Positions 35,472 through 46,379 of a stretch of DNA of 64,000 bases are shown here, piece after piece; within the stretch, counting starts at the first letter, position 1, and every line of letters begins with the position of its first letter. A program made the position numbers and the translations under genes. Where the stretch lies: the NCBI GenBank assembly GCA_965207735.1, contig OZ242296.1, positions 3,072,001 to 3,136,000 on the forward strand, read 5' to 3'. The stretch is from Candidatus Versatilivorator sp. GTDB lineage: Bacteria; Acidobacteriota; Terriglobia; Versatilivoradales; Versatilivoraceae. Below the pieces are notes generated by a model, which saw nothing but the letters and a program-made list of their open reading frames with translations, did no database searches and had not been told where the DNA came from.

Positions 35472-36833
35472 GTGGCTAGAAACTCCATACTGCTGGTGGA
35501 CGACGAGGCGGGAATTCGGAAATCCCTGGGAGCCGTGCTGAGCGAAGAAGGCTTCAAGGTGACCACGGTCCGCAGCGGAGAGGAGTGCCTGCGCCTGTTG
35601 GAGAAGAGGGCCTTCGAGTTGATTCTGCTTGACATCTGGCTGCCCGGCATCAACGGGCTGGAAACCCTGGAGGCCATCAGGAAGAGGAAGGTGGATGCGG
35701 CCGTGGTGATGATTTCGGGCCACGGCACCATCGAAACCGCCGTCAAGGCGACCCGCCTGGGGGCCTTCGATTTCATCGAAAAGCCCCTGTCCATAGAAAG
35801 GACGCTGCTGGTCATCCAGAACGGCCTGGAGAACAAGCGCCTTCAGGATGAGAACAGAACACTCAAATCCCGGCTGGATCAACACTACAAGATCATCGGT
35901 CAAAGCATCTCCATGAAGGCCCTGCGCCAGCAGCTGGCCATCGCGGCGCCCACAGACGGACGGGTACTGATCTACGGCGAGAGCGGCACCGGTAAGGAAC
36001 TGGTGGCTCACGCCCTTCACCACCAGAGCCTGAGAAAAGCGGCGCCCTTCGTGGAGGTGAACTGTGCCGCCATCCCCGACGAGCTGATCGAGAGTGAACT
36101 GTTCGGGCACGTCAAGGGCGCCTTTACGGGAGCCACCGCCACCAAGGTGGGAAAGCTGGAAAAGGCCGATGGAGGGACGCTCTTTCTGGATGAGGTCGGA
36201 GACATGACCCTCAAGACCCAGTCCAAGGTGCTCAGGGCGCTGGAAACCCAGCGCTTCGAACCCGTAGGGGCCCATTCGACGGTGTCGGTGGACGTTCGCA
36301 TCATCGCGGCCACCAACAAGGATCTCGACCAGGAAATGCAACGGGGCAACTTTCGTGAAGACCTCTTCTACCGTCTCAACGTCATTCCCTTCTACGTGCC
36401 TCCGCTGCGCGAGCGCACCGAGGATATTCCGGTGTTGGCAAAATTCTTCATAGGAGACTTCTCCAGCCACTACGGGCATCCACCCAAGGAGCTGAGCGCG
36501 GAGGCCGTGGACCTGTTGACGGCCTATCCCTGGCCGGGCAATGTCCGCGAACTGAAGAACCTGGCGGAGCGACTGGTGATCATGAGTCCCGCACGCCGGA
36601 TTGAAGCTCGGCACCTGCCGGCCGGGCTGCTCAAGTCCAACGGCCCCCGGGAAGATACGGTTGAGTCCAGGAGCTTGTCGGAGGCCCGCATGGCCTTCGA
36701 TCGAGACTACATCCTCAAGAAACTGGAGGAAAACCGGGGGAACATCTCGCGCACGGCCGAAGCCCTGGGCATCGAGCGCAGCCACCTCCACCGCAAGCTC
36801 AAATCCCTGAAGATCAACGTCAGTCGGGGTTAA
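35472..36833 (+). CDS. NtrX/NtrC-family sigma54-dependent response regulator
   Basis: Receiver (LLDIWLPG), GESGTGKE, GAFTGA, WPGNVREL, Fis-type HTH. Confidence 0.93.
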   Translation: MARNSILLVDDEAGIRKSLGAVLSEEGFKVTTVRSGEECLRLLEKRAFELILLDIWLPGINGLETLEAIRKRKVDAAVVMISGHGTIETAVKATRLGAFDFIEKPLSIERTLLVIQNGLENKRLQDENRTLKSRLDQHYKIIGQSISMKALRQQLAIAAPTDGRVLIYGESGTGKELVAHALHHQSLRKAAPFVEVNCAAIPDELIESELFGHVKGAFTGATATKVGKLEKADGGTLFLDEVGDMTLKTQSKVLRALETQRFEPVGAHSTVSVDVRIIAATNKDLDQEMQRGNFREDLFYRLNVIPFYVPPLRERTEDIPVLAKFFIGDFSSHYGHPPKELSAEAVDLLTAYPWPGNVRELKNLAERLVIMSPARRIEARHLPAGLLKSNGPREDTVESRSLSEARMAFDRDYILKKLEENRGNISRTAEALGIERSHLHRKLKSLKINVSRG

Positions 36834-36845
36834 CCCGCATTTCTC
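36834..36845. repeat. Solo end of MITE family A
   Basis: CCCGCATTTCTC directly after the TAA stop of the regulator. Confidence 0.5.
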
Positions 36846-36939
36846 CCCGAGCGGTGTGCAGACCGCTTCATAGGCATGGCGATAGTCGGGCGGTCCAGGG
36901 CGGTCAATTTCGGAAAGCAGCCAATTTTCAGCCAACTTC

Positions 36940-38676
36940 ATGGATTTCAACGACAAAAGAAGAAGGAAGGTCGAGAAATCGAGGTCCAGGCAACCCCTGG
37001 CCGATTTCCTCTCCGGATCCCTCCCGATCGGCGACCGGACCGATCTGGAAGATTTCCTGGCCAGTCCCGACTCGACCAAGCGGGTTCGCAGCGCCCCCTA
37101 CCAGGATGTGTTCCTGGCCATCAAGGCTGTCGGTCTGGCCGACAGCCAGGAGTTGCTCCTGCCGGCCACCCTAGAGCAGCGCCGCGGCTTCATCGACCTG
37201 GATTGCTGGCGCAAGGACAGCTTTCACAGGCCCAGCTTCATGGAATGGATGGCTGCCTACGTGCAGTGCGGGCCCGAAGAGGCGGCAGTAGCTGCCCGAG
37301 CGGTGGACCCCAACCTGCTGGCGCTCTTCCTGAAGGACAACATTCGGATTCACGTGCTGGAAACGGACGAGCCCCTCCCTGAGCTGCCCCTCATTCTGAC
37401 GCCGGATCAGCGGTTCGGCATCGAGGTACCCGGCGAGGCCGATGCAGCCACCCTGACCCGCCTCTTGCTCGACGTCATCTTCCGAATGGATGCCTCCCTG
37501 GGGTACGACCTGATCGATCGGGTGCGTTGGGACAACCGGGTTTCCTTGGAGGAGGAAGCCTACCGGAACAAGCGGCTCCGCCTGGAGGAGATCGGCTTCG
37601 TGGACTACTACGAGGCCCTGAGCATTTACGGAGAGGCCGGCACGACCGCGACTCCGCGGCGCCAAGGGACTTTGCAAGAGGAGGACGATGCCCAGCGGGT
37701 TTCGTCCACGCTACCGGCCCTGCTGGTGGCCTCGCTGGTGCCGGGAGAACACCTCTGGCGAGCCCTGGGCGCCATCCGGGACACCCGCCAGGCCGAACTG
37801 ATCAGCCAGCAACTGGCCGCCCTGGCCAATCGGATTCTCTCGGTTCACTCCGTGACTACCGGAGACCTGGAGAAGGTGAAGCCGGCCCTGGTAGAAATGA
37901 GGGATACGCTTAACCTGGGCCTGGAGCGATTGACTCAGGGCCGGGCCTCCCTGGCGGCGTCAGCTCTGACGCAACAGGACATGCTGGGATTGTTCCGGAT
38001 GGGGTTCAGCATCCTGGCGGATCTGCGCGCCGAAGCCGACGGGGTCATCCATCGGGGCAGGCTCCGTCTGGAAGGAGCCCAACCAACCCTGTTGGAATCG
38101 CCGCAGTCGGAATTTCTGGACGGGTTGCGGCGTCACAGGCCCCTTTTCTTCGAAGGCGCGCGGGACTCGCGGCGAGCCGGTTATCGAAACTTCCGCGGTC
38201 TGGCCGATGTCGAATCGGCTCAACGTAAACTGAACGAGATCGAGGCTTTGGGGCAAATCTTCTGGAGCCTGGTGCCCGGCCCCGGCCCCGAGCTCACGGT
38301 CAAGGCCCTCCGGCAGGTGAACAGGAGTCTGGACGACCTGCGCTTCGGAACGCTCTTTGTGACCGCAACTCTCAACCACGTCCTGGGGAAACCCTTCAGG
38401 CCCGAGCCCATCGGCGTCCGGCAGTTCCAGGGTGTGCTGAAGAATCTGGCCCCGCCCGGCGCAGATTCACGGCAACTGGCCGATGGCCTGAGGGCCGTCG
38501 CCCGGAAACAGCTGGCCTCGCGGCGAGCCGAAAAAGACAGGCTGGGGGTCCTGAACCCCTTTGTCGAATCCTGGTGCCGGGTCGGAGCCGAAGAACTGGC
38601 CCCTCTGCGGGGAGAATCGGAGATCGTCCCCGAATGGGTCACGACAGTACTGTTGCACCTGTCCCGGGACCGCTGA
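36940..38676 (+). CDS. Conserved hypothetical protein (resembles DUF6178 family, from memory)
   Basis: 578-aa ORF in operon with tilS; FIDLDCWRKD, LEEEAYRNKRLRLEEIGFVDYYEALSIY. Confidence 0.6.
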   Translation: MDFNDKRRRKVEKSRSRQPLADFLSGSLPIGDRTDLEDFLASPDSTKRVRSAPYQDVFLAIKAVGLADSQELLLPATLEQRRGFIDLDCWRKDSFHRPSFMEWMAAYVQCGPEEAAVAARAVDPNLLALFLKDNIRIHVLETDEPLPELPLILTPDQRFGIEVPGEADAATLTRLLLDVIFRMDASLGYDLIDRVRWDNRVSLEEEAYRNKRLRLEEIGFVDYYEALSIYGEAGTTATPRRQGTLQEEDDAQRVSSTLPALLVASLVPGEHLWRALGAIRDTRQAELISQQLAALANRILSVHSVTTGDLEKVKPALVEMRDTLNLGLERLTQGRASLAASALTQQDMLGLFRMGFSILADLRAEADGVIHRGRLRLEGAQPTLLESPQSEFLDGLRRHRPLFFEGARDSRRAGYRNFRGLADVESAQRKLNEIEALGQIFWSLVPGPGPELTVKALRQVNRSLDDLRFGTLFVTATLNHVLGKPFRPEPIGVRQFQGVLKNLAPPGADSRQLADGLRAVARKQLASRRAEKDRLGVLNPFVESWCRVGAEELAPLRGESEIVPEWVTTVLLHLSRDR

Positions 38677-38688
38677 AGCAGGACGTTC

Positions 38689-40101
38689 ATGGTCTTCCAG
38701 AATTTCGTGCGCCTGATTCGAAACCGGCGACTGGTGGCTCCGGGCGACAAAGTGCTGTTGGCTCTCTCCGGGGGAGCCGACTCGACCGCGCTCCTGTGCC
38801 TCTTTCTCGAGATTCGCCCCAGGCTCGATCTGGAGCTGGCGGTGGCTCACCTGAACCATGGACTTCGGGGAAAGGAAGCCGACGCCGACGCCGAATTCGT
38901 GCGCTCCCTGGCCGCGAGCTACCGTCTGCCGTTCGTCGTGGAAAAATTGCCCCCCTCGGAGCGCCCCACGGGAGGAAACGCCCAGGCCCGTGCGCGGGAG
39001 CTGCGGTACCGGTTCCTTCAGCGCACCGGCGATTCCCTGGGCGTGCAGCGGATCGCCTTGGGACACACCCGCAACGACCAGGCGGAGACGGTCCTGCTGA
39101 GGCTGCTGAGAGGCAGTGGCGCCTTGGGTCTGGCGGCGATTCCCGTTGCCCGCGCCGATCGATTCATCAGGCCCCTGCTGTCGATCAAGCGTGAGGACCT
39201 TCGAACCTACCTGCGGTCCCGCGGAGTGGAATGGCGGGAGGATGCCACCAACCGGGACCTGCAGTTCGCGCGCAACAGGGTGAGGCATGAACTCATTCCC
39301 TGGCTGGAGGAGACGTTCAATCCCGGAATCGTGGACGTTCTGGCAAGGACGGCCGAGAATCTGCGTGGAGACGCCGAGAGCCTGGAATGGCTGGTCGGGG
39401 ATCTGGCCGGCAGGCAGGCGGACCCGGCAGACGCCCGGCTCGGCTGGCGCCGGAGCTGGTTGAACACGCTTCCTGCCGGACTGAGAAGCCAACTGGTGCG
39501 TCATGCCTTCGGCACCCTGGACCCCGGGAATCGAGTGCTGAAGAAGCAGGTCGATGCGGTCCTGGAGCTGCTGCACGACCACAAGAGCGGCAAGTCCGTT
39601 CGCGTCGGCCGGATCGAGGCCGCCAGAGAGTTCGACCGCCTGCTCTTCCGGGAGCTGCCCGCTTCTCCCCCTGTTGAATCCTACTGCTACCCGCTCGCAA
39701 TTCCCGGGCAAGTTCGTCTCCATCGGGTCGGGCTGGAATTTGAGACCCACCTGAACCAGGGATCCAGCGGCCTGCCCTTGCTGGACCGATGGCAAATCTA
39801 CCTGTCGCCACGGGCCGTGGCCGGGGGGCTGGAGGTCAGATCCTGGCGGGCCGGCGATGCCTACCGGCCACTCGGGTCCTCGAGACCCAAGAAAATCAAG
39901 GAATTGTTCCAGAGAAAGCGGATTGGATTGAGCGCCCGGGCCAGGTGGCCGGTGGTGACCTGCGGCGGAAAGATTGTCTGTGCCGCAAGTTTTCCGGTGG
40001 CAGCCGGCGCCGAATGGCACCGATCCTCGCCGGAAGCAGTCAGGGTGGTGATCGAGGAACGGGCGCTGGAAGGCGGGCCTGACCCCAGTGTCCTGTTATG
40101 A
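38689..40101 (+). CDS. tilS: tRNA(Ile)-lysidine synthetase
   Basis: LSGGADS, HLNHGLRG, ARELRY, GHTRNDQAET, IRPLL, RNRVRH. Confidence 0.96.
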   Translation: MVFQNFVRLIRNRRLVAPGDKVLLALSGGADSTALLCLFLEIRPRLDLELAVAHLNHGLRGKEADADAEFVRSLAASYRLPFVVEKLPPSERPTGGNAQARARELRYRFLQRTGDSLGVQRIALGHTRNDQAETVLLRLLRGSGALGLAAIPVARADRFIRPLLSIKREDLRTYLRSRGVEWREDATNRDLQFARNRVRHELIPWLEETFNPGIVDVLARTAENLRGDAESLEWLVGDLAGRQADPADARLGWRRSWLNTLPAGLRSQLVRHAFGTLDPGNRVLKKQVDAVLELLHDHKSGKSVRVGRIEAAREFDRLLFRELPASPPVESYCYPLAIPGQVRLHRVGLEFETHLNQGSSGLPLLDRWQIYLSPRAVAGGLEVRSWRAGDAYRPLGSSRPKKIKELFQRKRIGLSARARWPVVTCGGKIVCAASFPVAAGAEWHRSSPEAVRVVIEERALEGGPDPSVLL

Positions 40102-40456
40102 GCCGACATCCCGCCGCAGGACCCGGGAAGCGGCCGGCATCGGGCTGCCGGATCTCGACCACACTGAGGGGGTACTGCCGGCTTAGTCAAAGATTCTTTT
40201 GCCTTTACGCCACCCCCCGTGGCAGATTTGATTCGTAAATTCCACGCCGAAATGCTATCTTGTTGGTGTGGGGGTAGTCACTTGGCAGGGACGGATGGTG
40301 CGGAATCAGCCGGGCGTTGGATGGCGGAAAAGGCACCGTTCGACACCATGAAACGCTCCCTGGAGCGAGGCGCAACGGCTCCGGTGGCCAAGAACCGGGC
40401 CTGGGACGAAGTCTTAATCTGACCCCACGGTCGCGTTGGCCCGACGGCGGCCCTCT

Positions 40457-42379
40457 ATGATTGCGATGGCAAAGACACTGCTATTCTGGATCGGCCTGGT
40501 TGTCCTGGGCGTCCTCCTGTGGCAATTCGTTCAGCGCAGCGGCTCAGAGGAGGAGAGGGAGTGGAAATTCTCGGAGTTTATCGAACAGGTGGAGCAGTCC
40601 AACGTGCAGGAAGTGGAGATCGTGGGAAGTGAAGTCAAGGGAACGACCAAGGACAACACACCCTTCACAACCGTTGCCCCCGACTACGACGAATTGATCG
40701 CCCGCCTGCTGGCCAAGAACGTCATCATCAAGGCCAAGGAGCCTTCCCAGAGCCCCTGGCTGGCCGCTCTGCTCACCTATGCTCCCTTTCTGCTGCTGAT
40801 CGGAATCTGGATTTTCTTCATGCGGCAGATGCAGAGTGGCGGCAACAAGGCCCTGTCATTTGGAAAGAGCCGGGCCAAGCTGCTTTCCTCCCAGCAGAAG
40901 AAAGTCACCTTCAAGGACGTGGCCGGCGCCGACGAAGCCAAGGAAGAACTGCAGGAAATCATCGAATTCCTGAAGGACCCCCAGAAGTTTCAGAAACTGG
41001 GAGGCCGAATCCCCAAAGGGGTGCTGCTGGTCGGACCGCCAGGCACGGGCAAGACGCTTCTGGCCCGAGCCATCGCCGGCGAGGCCGGAGTGCCCTTCTT
41101 CTCCATCAGCGGATCCGACTTCGTGGAGATGTTTGTGGGCGTGGGGGCCTCCCGAGTGAGAGACCTGTTCGAGCAAGGCAAGAAGAACGCCCCCTGCATC
41201 GTCTTCATCGACGAGATCGACGCTGTCGGGCGTCACCGCGGCGCCGGCCTGGGCGGGGGGCACGACGAGCGCGAGCAGACCCTGAATCAACTGTTGGTCG
41301 AGATGGACGGATTCGAGTCCAACGAGGGCGTGATCCTCATTGCGGCCACCAACCGCCCCGACGTGCTGGATCCGGCTCTGCTGCGACCCGGAAGGTTCGA
41401 CCGTCGGGTGATGGTGGCTCGGCCCGACGTGAAGGGACGGGAAGGCATTCTCCAGGTCCACACCAAGAAAATTCCCTTGTCGGAGGATGTGGACGTCTCG
41501 GTTCTGGCACGCGGCACCCCCGGCTTTTCCGGGGCCGACCTGGCCAATCTGGTCAACGAAGCCGCGCTCTACGCCGCGCGCTACGACAAGCAGTCCGTGA
41601 CCATGCTGGATTTTGAAGGCGCCAAGGACAAGGTCCTGATGGGTGTGGAGCGAAAGTCCATGATCATCAGCGACGCCGAAAAGCGGAATACGGCCTATCA
41701 CGAAGCCGGTCACGCCCTGGTGGCGGCCATGCTCCCCCAGGCCGACCCGCTCCACAAGGTGACGATTATTCCGCGGGGGATGGCCCTGGGGGTGACCATG
41801 CAGCTCCCGGAGGATGACAAGCACACCTACACCCGGGTCTTCCTGGAGAGCCAGATCGCCATTATGATGGGTGGACGGGTGGCCGAGGAGATGTTTCTGG
41901 AACACATGACCACGGGCGCGGGCAACGACATCGAACAGGCTACCGAATTGGCCCGCCGCATGGTGTGCGACTACGGGATGTCCGAACTGGGCCCCTTGAC
42001 CTTCGGCAAGAAGGAGGAGCAGATTTTCCTGGGAAGGGAAATCGCTCAACACCGCGACTACAGCGAGGATACGGCGATCAAGATTGACCAGGAGATCAAG
42101 CGGTTCGTCAACGAGGGATACCAAAGCGCCTGCAAGATCCTGGAAGAGAACCGGGACACCTTGATCCGAATCGCGGAGGCCTTGCTGGAAAGAGAAGTCC
42201 TGGACGCCAACGAGGTGCGGATGGTCATCCGGAACCTCCCGCTGGAGGAGAAGGCGGAACCGATCTCCCGGGAAGACTCCGGTCCTTCCCAGACGGAAAA
42301 CCCCAGGGGAAAGAAGCCCGTCTCCCCCACTGTCGGACCCCTGGTCGACAAGCAGCGGGAAAAGCCGGCGCCCGCCTAG
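40457..42379 (+). CDS. ftsH: ATP-dependent zinc metalloprotease FtsH
   Basis: Two TM helices, [25 protein letters not shown]. Start 40457 or 40466. Confidence 0.98.
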   Translation: MIAMAKTLLFWIGLVVLGVLLWQFVQRSGSEEEREWKFSEFIEQVEQSNVQEVEIVGSEVKGTTKDNTPFTTVAPDYDELIARLLAKNVIIKAKEPSQSPWLAALLTYAPFLLLIGIWIFFMRQMQSGGNKALSFGKSRAKLLSSQQKKVTFKDVAGADEAKEELQEIIEFLKDPQKFQKLGGRIPKGVLLVGPPGTGKTLLARAIAGEAGVPFFSISGSDFVEMFVGVGASRVRDLFEQGKKNAPCIVFIDEIDAVGRHRGAGLGGGHDEREQTLNQLLVEMDGFESNEGVILIAATNRPDVLDPALLRPGRFDRRVMVARPDVKGREGILQVHTKKIPLSEDVDVSVLARGTPGFSGADLANLVNEAALYAARYDKQSVTMLDFEGAKDKVLMGVERKSMIISDAEKRNTAYHEAGHALVAAMLPQADPLHKVTIIPRGMALGVTMQLPEDDKHTYTRVFLESQIAIMMGGRVAEEMFLEHMTTGAGNDIEQATELARRMVCDYGMSELGPLTFGKKEEQIFLGREIAQHRDYSEDTAIKIDQEIKRFVNEGYQSACKILEENRDTLIRIAEALLEREVLDANEVRMVIRNLPLEEKAEPISREDSGPSQTENPRGKKPVSPTVGPLVDKQREKPAPA

Positions 42380-42505
42380 CCCGCATCGTCGCCAGTCCGC
42401 CCACGAACCGCCGCCGACAAAGGACCCGGCTGCCTGTCGCGTCTCCTTGGTCCGCTTCCTCTCAATTCCATTCCTGGGCCGCGCTTCTCACAGGGGGCTG
42501 TGTCC

Positions 42506-43357
42506 ATGAGACCGCGTTTCCGCTTGCAACTTCCCAATGGCGCTCTGGAGTTGGGCGGGAAGACCCTGATCATGGGAATTCTGAACGTGACTCCCGACTC
42601 GTTCTACGATGGAGGGGCCTACCTGCAAACCGAAAAGGCGGTCAAGCATGGCCTGAAACTGGAAGACCAGGGAGCCGACCTGGTGGACGTGGGAGGGGAA
42701 TCGACCCGTCCCGACCGTCCCGGCGCAGTCTCCGCGGCCGACGAGATTCGCAGGGTGGTCCCGGTCATCGAGCGGTTGGCCGGGCGTCTGACCATCCCCC
42801 TCTCGGTGGACACCTACAAGTCGGAAGTCGCTCGAGGCGCCATCGCGGCCGGCGCCTCGCTGGTCAACGACATCAGCGGGCTGCGCTTCGACCCCGATAT
42901 GGCCGCCTGCGCCGCTGCGGCCGGTGCGGCCATGGTGCTCATGCATTCCCGTGGCAACCCGCAAAAACTCCACGGACTGCCTGCACTCAAGCGCCCGTTG
43001 CAGTCGGTGCTGCAGGGCTTGCGGCATTCGGTGGAAAAAGCCGTCCAGGCCGGAATTTCCAGAAATCGGATCGTCCTGGATCCGGGGCTGGGATTCGGCA
43101 AGGGCGTGAAAGACAACCTGGCGGTGCTGCGGCGACTGGAGGAGTTGAAACGGTTTCACATGCCCATTCTGGTGGGCCCCTCACGCAAATCCTTTATCGG
43201 CAACCTGCTGAACCTGCCGGTGGAGCAACGGCTCCTGGGAAGCCTCGCCAGCACAGCCGTTGCCGTGATCCAGGGAGCACACATTATTCGGGTCCACGAC
43301 GTTCCCGAGACCCGCCAAGTGGTCCAAATGTGTGATGCTATAATGGGTTTCCGCTAG
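42506..43357 (+). CDS. folP: Dihydropteroate synthase
   Basis: MGILNVTPDSFYDGG, GGESTRP, LDPGLGFGK, SRKSFIG, RVHDV. Confidence 0.97.
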   Translation: MRPRFRLQLPNGALELGGKTLIMGILNVTPDSFYDGGAYLQTEKAVKHGLKLEDQGADLVDVGGESTRPDRPGAVSAADEIRRVVPVIERLAGRLTIPLSVDTYKSEVARGAIAAGASLVNDISGLRFDPDMAACAAAAGAAMVLMHSRGNPQKLHGLPALKRPLQSVLQGLRHSVEKAVQAGISRNRIVLDPGLGFGKGVKDNLAVLRRLEELKRFHMPILVGPSRKSFIGNLLNLPVEQRLLGSLASTAVAVIQGAHIIRVHDVPETRQVVQMCDAIMGFR

Positions 43358-43363
43358 GTTGCC

Positions 43364-44182
43364 ATGAATTTGATCGAACTATTCCGCCTGGACCGACTCA
43401 CCTGGTCCGCGGCCGTCGACATTCTCATCGTCAGCATTCTGATCTACCACATCCTGTTGTTGATCCGCGGGACGCGTGCGGTGCAAATGGCGCTGGGAGT
43501 GGGATTCCTGGTGCTTTTCTATTACGTGACTCTCTGGTTCAACCTGGAAACCGTTCAATGGATCATGACCACCATTCTGCCTTTTTTCGTGGTCGGGATC
43601 ATCGTGTTGTTCGCGGCTGAGATTCGCCGAGCCCTGGCCAACATCGGCAAGAACCCATTGCTGAGAAAGTTCTCCCGAAATCCGATCACGGAGACCTACG
43701 ACGAGATCGTGGTGGCGGCGACCCACCTGTCCGCCCAGCATGTCGGGGCACTGATGGTCATCGAGCGCGAGATGGGGCTCAAGAACTATACCGAAAGCGG
43801 GGTGGCCATCGATGCGGCCCTCACTTCCGATCTGCTGGTGAGCATCTTTTCGCCCGGGACGCCCCTCCACGACGGGGCCGTCATCGTCCAGAAGGGCCGG
43901 ATTACCGCGGCTGCCTGCTTCTTGCCTCTCACTCTCGACCCCAGGTTGAGCAAGGAGATGGGGACCCGCCACCGGGCAGCCATCGGTGTCACCGAAGAGT
44001 CGGACGCCGTGGTGGTGGTGATCTCCGAAGAGACTGGAATCATCTCCGCCGTAGTCGGCGGCGACATTCGGAGGAACCTGGACGGTCCGTCCCTGCGCCA
44101 GCATCTGGCCAGCATCCTCGAGTCTGCCGACTCGGTGCCGGCACCCCCATCCCACCTCTCCCCGGTGGCGGAAGGCAAATGA
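43364..44182 (+). CDS. cdaA: Diadenylate cyclase CdaA
   Basis: Three N-terminal TM helices; PLHDGA and GTRHRAA catalytic motifs; ISEETG. Confidence 0.95.
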   Translation: MNLIELFRLDRLTWSAAVDILIVSILIYHILLLIRGTRAVQMALGVGFLVLFYYVTLWFNLETVQWIMTTILPFFVVGIIVLFAAEIRRALANIGKNPLLRKFSRNPITETYDEIVVAATHLSAQHVGALMVIEREMGLKNYTESGVAIDAALTSDLLVSIFSPGTPLHDGAVIVQKGRITAAACFLPLTLDPRLSKEMGTRHRAAIGVTEESDAVVVVISEETGIISAVVGGDIRRNLDGPSLRQHLASILESADSVPAPPSHLSPVAEGK

Positions 44183-44895
44183 GCCGAATCTGGAAGGTTC
44201 TGAAAGGTTTACTGCTCGATAACGCCGGTTTGAAGCTCGCCTCGCTGGGCCTTGCCCTGCTGCTGTGGGCCGCGCTTAACGGCGAGCCCCGCTTTGTGGG
44301 AGAGGTCGGGTTCAAGATCAGTCTCCAATACCTGATGCCCCCGCACCTGGAGCTGGTGGATAATCCTGCAGGCTCGGTGGATGTCCGTCTGAGAGCTCCC
44401 TCCAGCATCCTGGACAGGCTGGAGTCCTCCGAAATGTCCGCCCACATCGACCTGGCCAACGCCCAACCCGGTGAACGGGTCTACTCCATCACCCCCGATC
44501 ACATCTCCAGACCGCAGGGGATCACGGTCACCCACATCAGGCCTTCCACGGTGCGCCTCAACCTGCAACCTACCGTAAGCAAGGAAGTGGAAATCAACCC
44601 CCGAATCGTGGGCCGGGTGGGGGAGGGCTTCCGGCTGCGGTCGGTGACTCCCCAACCCAGGCGGGTGTTGGTGGAGGGTCCGGGCGGACGCGTGTCGGGC
44701 GTGACGGGAGTGACCACCGAAGACATCGACGTCACCGGTCGTTCCACCGACTTTGTGGCTCGAGTCTATCTGGATGCGGAAGACGGGGTGGTGCGTTTTC
44801 CGCAGGGCCGCCGAGTGGAAGTCGAAGTCGCCATCGAACCCCTGGAATCTCCAGCGGACAATCAAGGTTCCCAGCCAAACAGAGTTACCCCATGA
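44179..44895 (+). CDS. cdaR: CdaR/YbbR-like regulator
   Basis: N-terminal KLASLGLALLLW anchor, YbbR-like beta repeats, position between cdaA and glmM. Confidence 0.85.
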   Translation: MSRIWKVLKGLLLDNAGLKLASLGLALLLWAALNGEPRFVGEVGFKISLQYLMPPHLELVDNPAGSVDVRLRAPSSILDRLESSEMSAHIDLANAQPGERVYSITPDHISRPQGITVTHIRPSTVRLNLQPTVSKEVEINPRIVGRVGEGFRLRSVTPQPRRVLVEGPGGRVSGVTGVTTEDIDVTGRSTDFVARVYLDAEDGVVRFPQGRRVEVEVAIEPLESPADNQGSQPNRVTP

Positions 44896-46244
44896 GAAAA
44901 CTGTTCGGGACGGATGGGATCCGGGGTGAGGCGGGCCGCTTTCCTCTGGACGAGAAGACAGTGTGCGCCATTGGCCGGGCCTTGGCCGAGTTCGGAGGCC
45001 CTCCGGGCGTCGGCCGGATCCTGATCGGCAGAGACACGCGAGAATCCGGCCCCTGGATCACCGCTCGGCTGAGCCAGGGCCTTGCCTTTGGGGGGGTGGA
45101 CGCCATTCACGACCTGGGAGTGATCCCTACGGCCGGCCTGGCCTACTTGACCCGGGCACGTGGCTACGATCTGGGGATCATGATCTCGGCTTCCCACAAT
45201 CCCTACCGGGACAACGGGATCAAGCTGTTCTCAGGACAAGGCTTCAAGGTTTCCGATGACCGGGAGGCCGAGATCGAGCGCCGCATCGATTCCTGGAGGA
45301 ACGCGACGGCGATTTCGATCTGCCGCGGCTCCGACGGTCCCGACAACCGGGCAGCGCTGGCGGCGGAATACCTGGCCTTTCTGAGCCGGCAAGCCGGAAC
45401 CCGGCTGGAGCCTCTCCGTGTAGGCCTGGACGTTTGCAACGGCGCGGCCTACCTCATCGCGCCTTCGCTATTCAGGAAGCTGGGGGCCGAGGTCCACGTT
45501 CTCAACGACAGTCCGGACGGTCGAAACATCAACCGCAACTGCGGATCCCTTCACCTGGATGGCTTGGCCCGGGCAGTGGAAGCCAACCGGTTGGACCTGG
45601 GCGTGGCCTTCGACGGAGATGCCGACCGTGTCCTTTTTGTCACAAGCAGCGCAAAGTGCCTGGACGGAGACCATGTCCTCTATGCCCTGACCAGGGACCG
45701 GAAGGTCGAAGGGTCAATGGCCGGCGAGAAGGTGGTCGGAACCATCATGACCAATTTGGCCCTTGAAAAGGCCCTGATCCGGGATGGCATTTCCTTGATT
45801 CGCACCCCGGTGGGAGACAAGCACGTCCTGGAGGCCATGCAGACCTCGGGAGCCGTCCTGGGAGGAGAACCCTCCGGGCACATTATTCTGGGTGACTTGC
45901 ATACCACCGGGGACGGACTCCTGACGGCGGTCAAGATGGCGGAGCTTCTGGTTCGCCGCGGTGCCGTCCTGGACGACCTGGTTGCCGGATATCGGCCCTT
46001 CCCCCAGGTTCTGGACGGCCTCAGGGTTTCCCGCAAGGTCCCCATTGAGCAATCCCCCGAACTGTCGCGCCTGATCGGGAACGCCCGCGCCCAACTGTCG
46101 GATTCGGGCCGCATGGTGGTTCGCTACTCCGGCACCGAGCCCTTGCTGAGAATCATGGCCGAAGGCCGGGAACTGGCCCAGGTGCAAGCGACAGTGGACA
46201 AACTGAAGCACGAGGCCTCACAGTTCTTCAACTCGCTGGAGTAA
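44892..46244 (+). CDS. glmM: Phosphoglucosamine mutase
   Basis: FGTDGIRG, ISASHNP, FDGDADR, GGEPSGH, RYSGTEP. Confidence 0.96.
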   Translation: MRKLFGTDGIRGEAGRFPLDEKTVCAIGRALAEFGGPPGVGRILIGRDTRESGPWITARLSQGLAFGGVDAIHDLGVIPTAGLAYLTRARGYDLGIMISASHNPYRDNGIKLFSGQGFKVSDDREAEIERRIDSWRNATAISICRGSDGPDNRAALAAEYLAFLSRQAGTRLEPLRVGLDVCNGAAYLIAPSLFRKLGAEVHVLNDSPDGRNINRNCGSLHLDGLARAVEANRLDLGVAFDGDADRVLFVTSSAKCLDGDHVLYALTRDRKVEGSMAGEKVVGTIMTNLALEKALIRDGISLIRTPVGDKHVLEAMQTSGAVLGGEPSGHIILGDLHTTGDGLLTAVKMAELLVRRGAVLDDLVAGYRPFPQVLDGLRVSRKVPIEQSPELSRLIGNARAQLSDSGRMVVRYSGTEPLLRIMAEGRELAQVQATVDKLKHEASQFFNSLE

Positions 46245-46260
46245 CCCGGCCTCCACCCCC

Positions 46261-46289
46261 TTGACAAGGGCCGGTCCCCCCAATAGGAT
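46261..46289 (+). promoter_or_regulatory. Sigma70 promoter of the pilB operon
   Basis: TTGACA-17nt-TAGGAT about 90 nt upstream of pilB. Confidence 0.6.
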
Positions 46290-46379
46290 GAAGGCCAGCA
46301 ACCTCCCTCAGTTCAACACCCATTTCAATCCCGTTTCCTGCGGTCATTGGCCCGGGTGCGCCTGGGGGAGTCTTGATTC

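Noticed and set aside
40098-40456. hpt remnant between tilS and ftsH
   Set aside because: An ATGA overlap exists at the tilS stop, but I recognised no phosphoribosyltransferase motif; the region looks like an ftsH promoter/leader.
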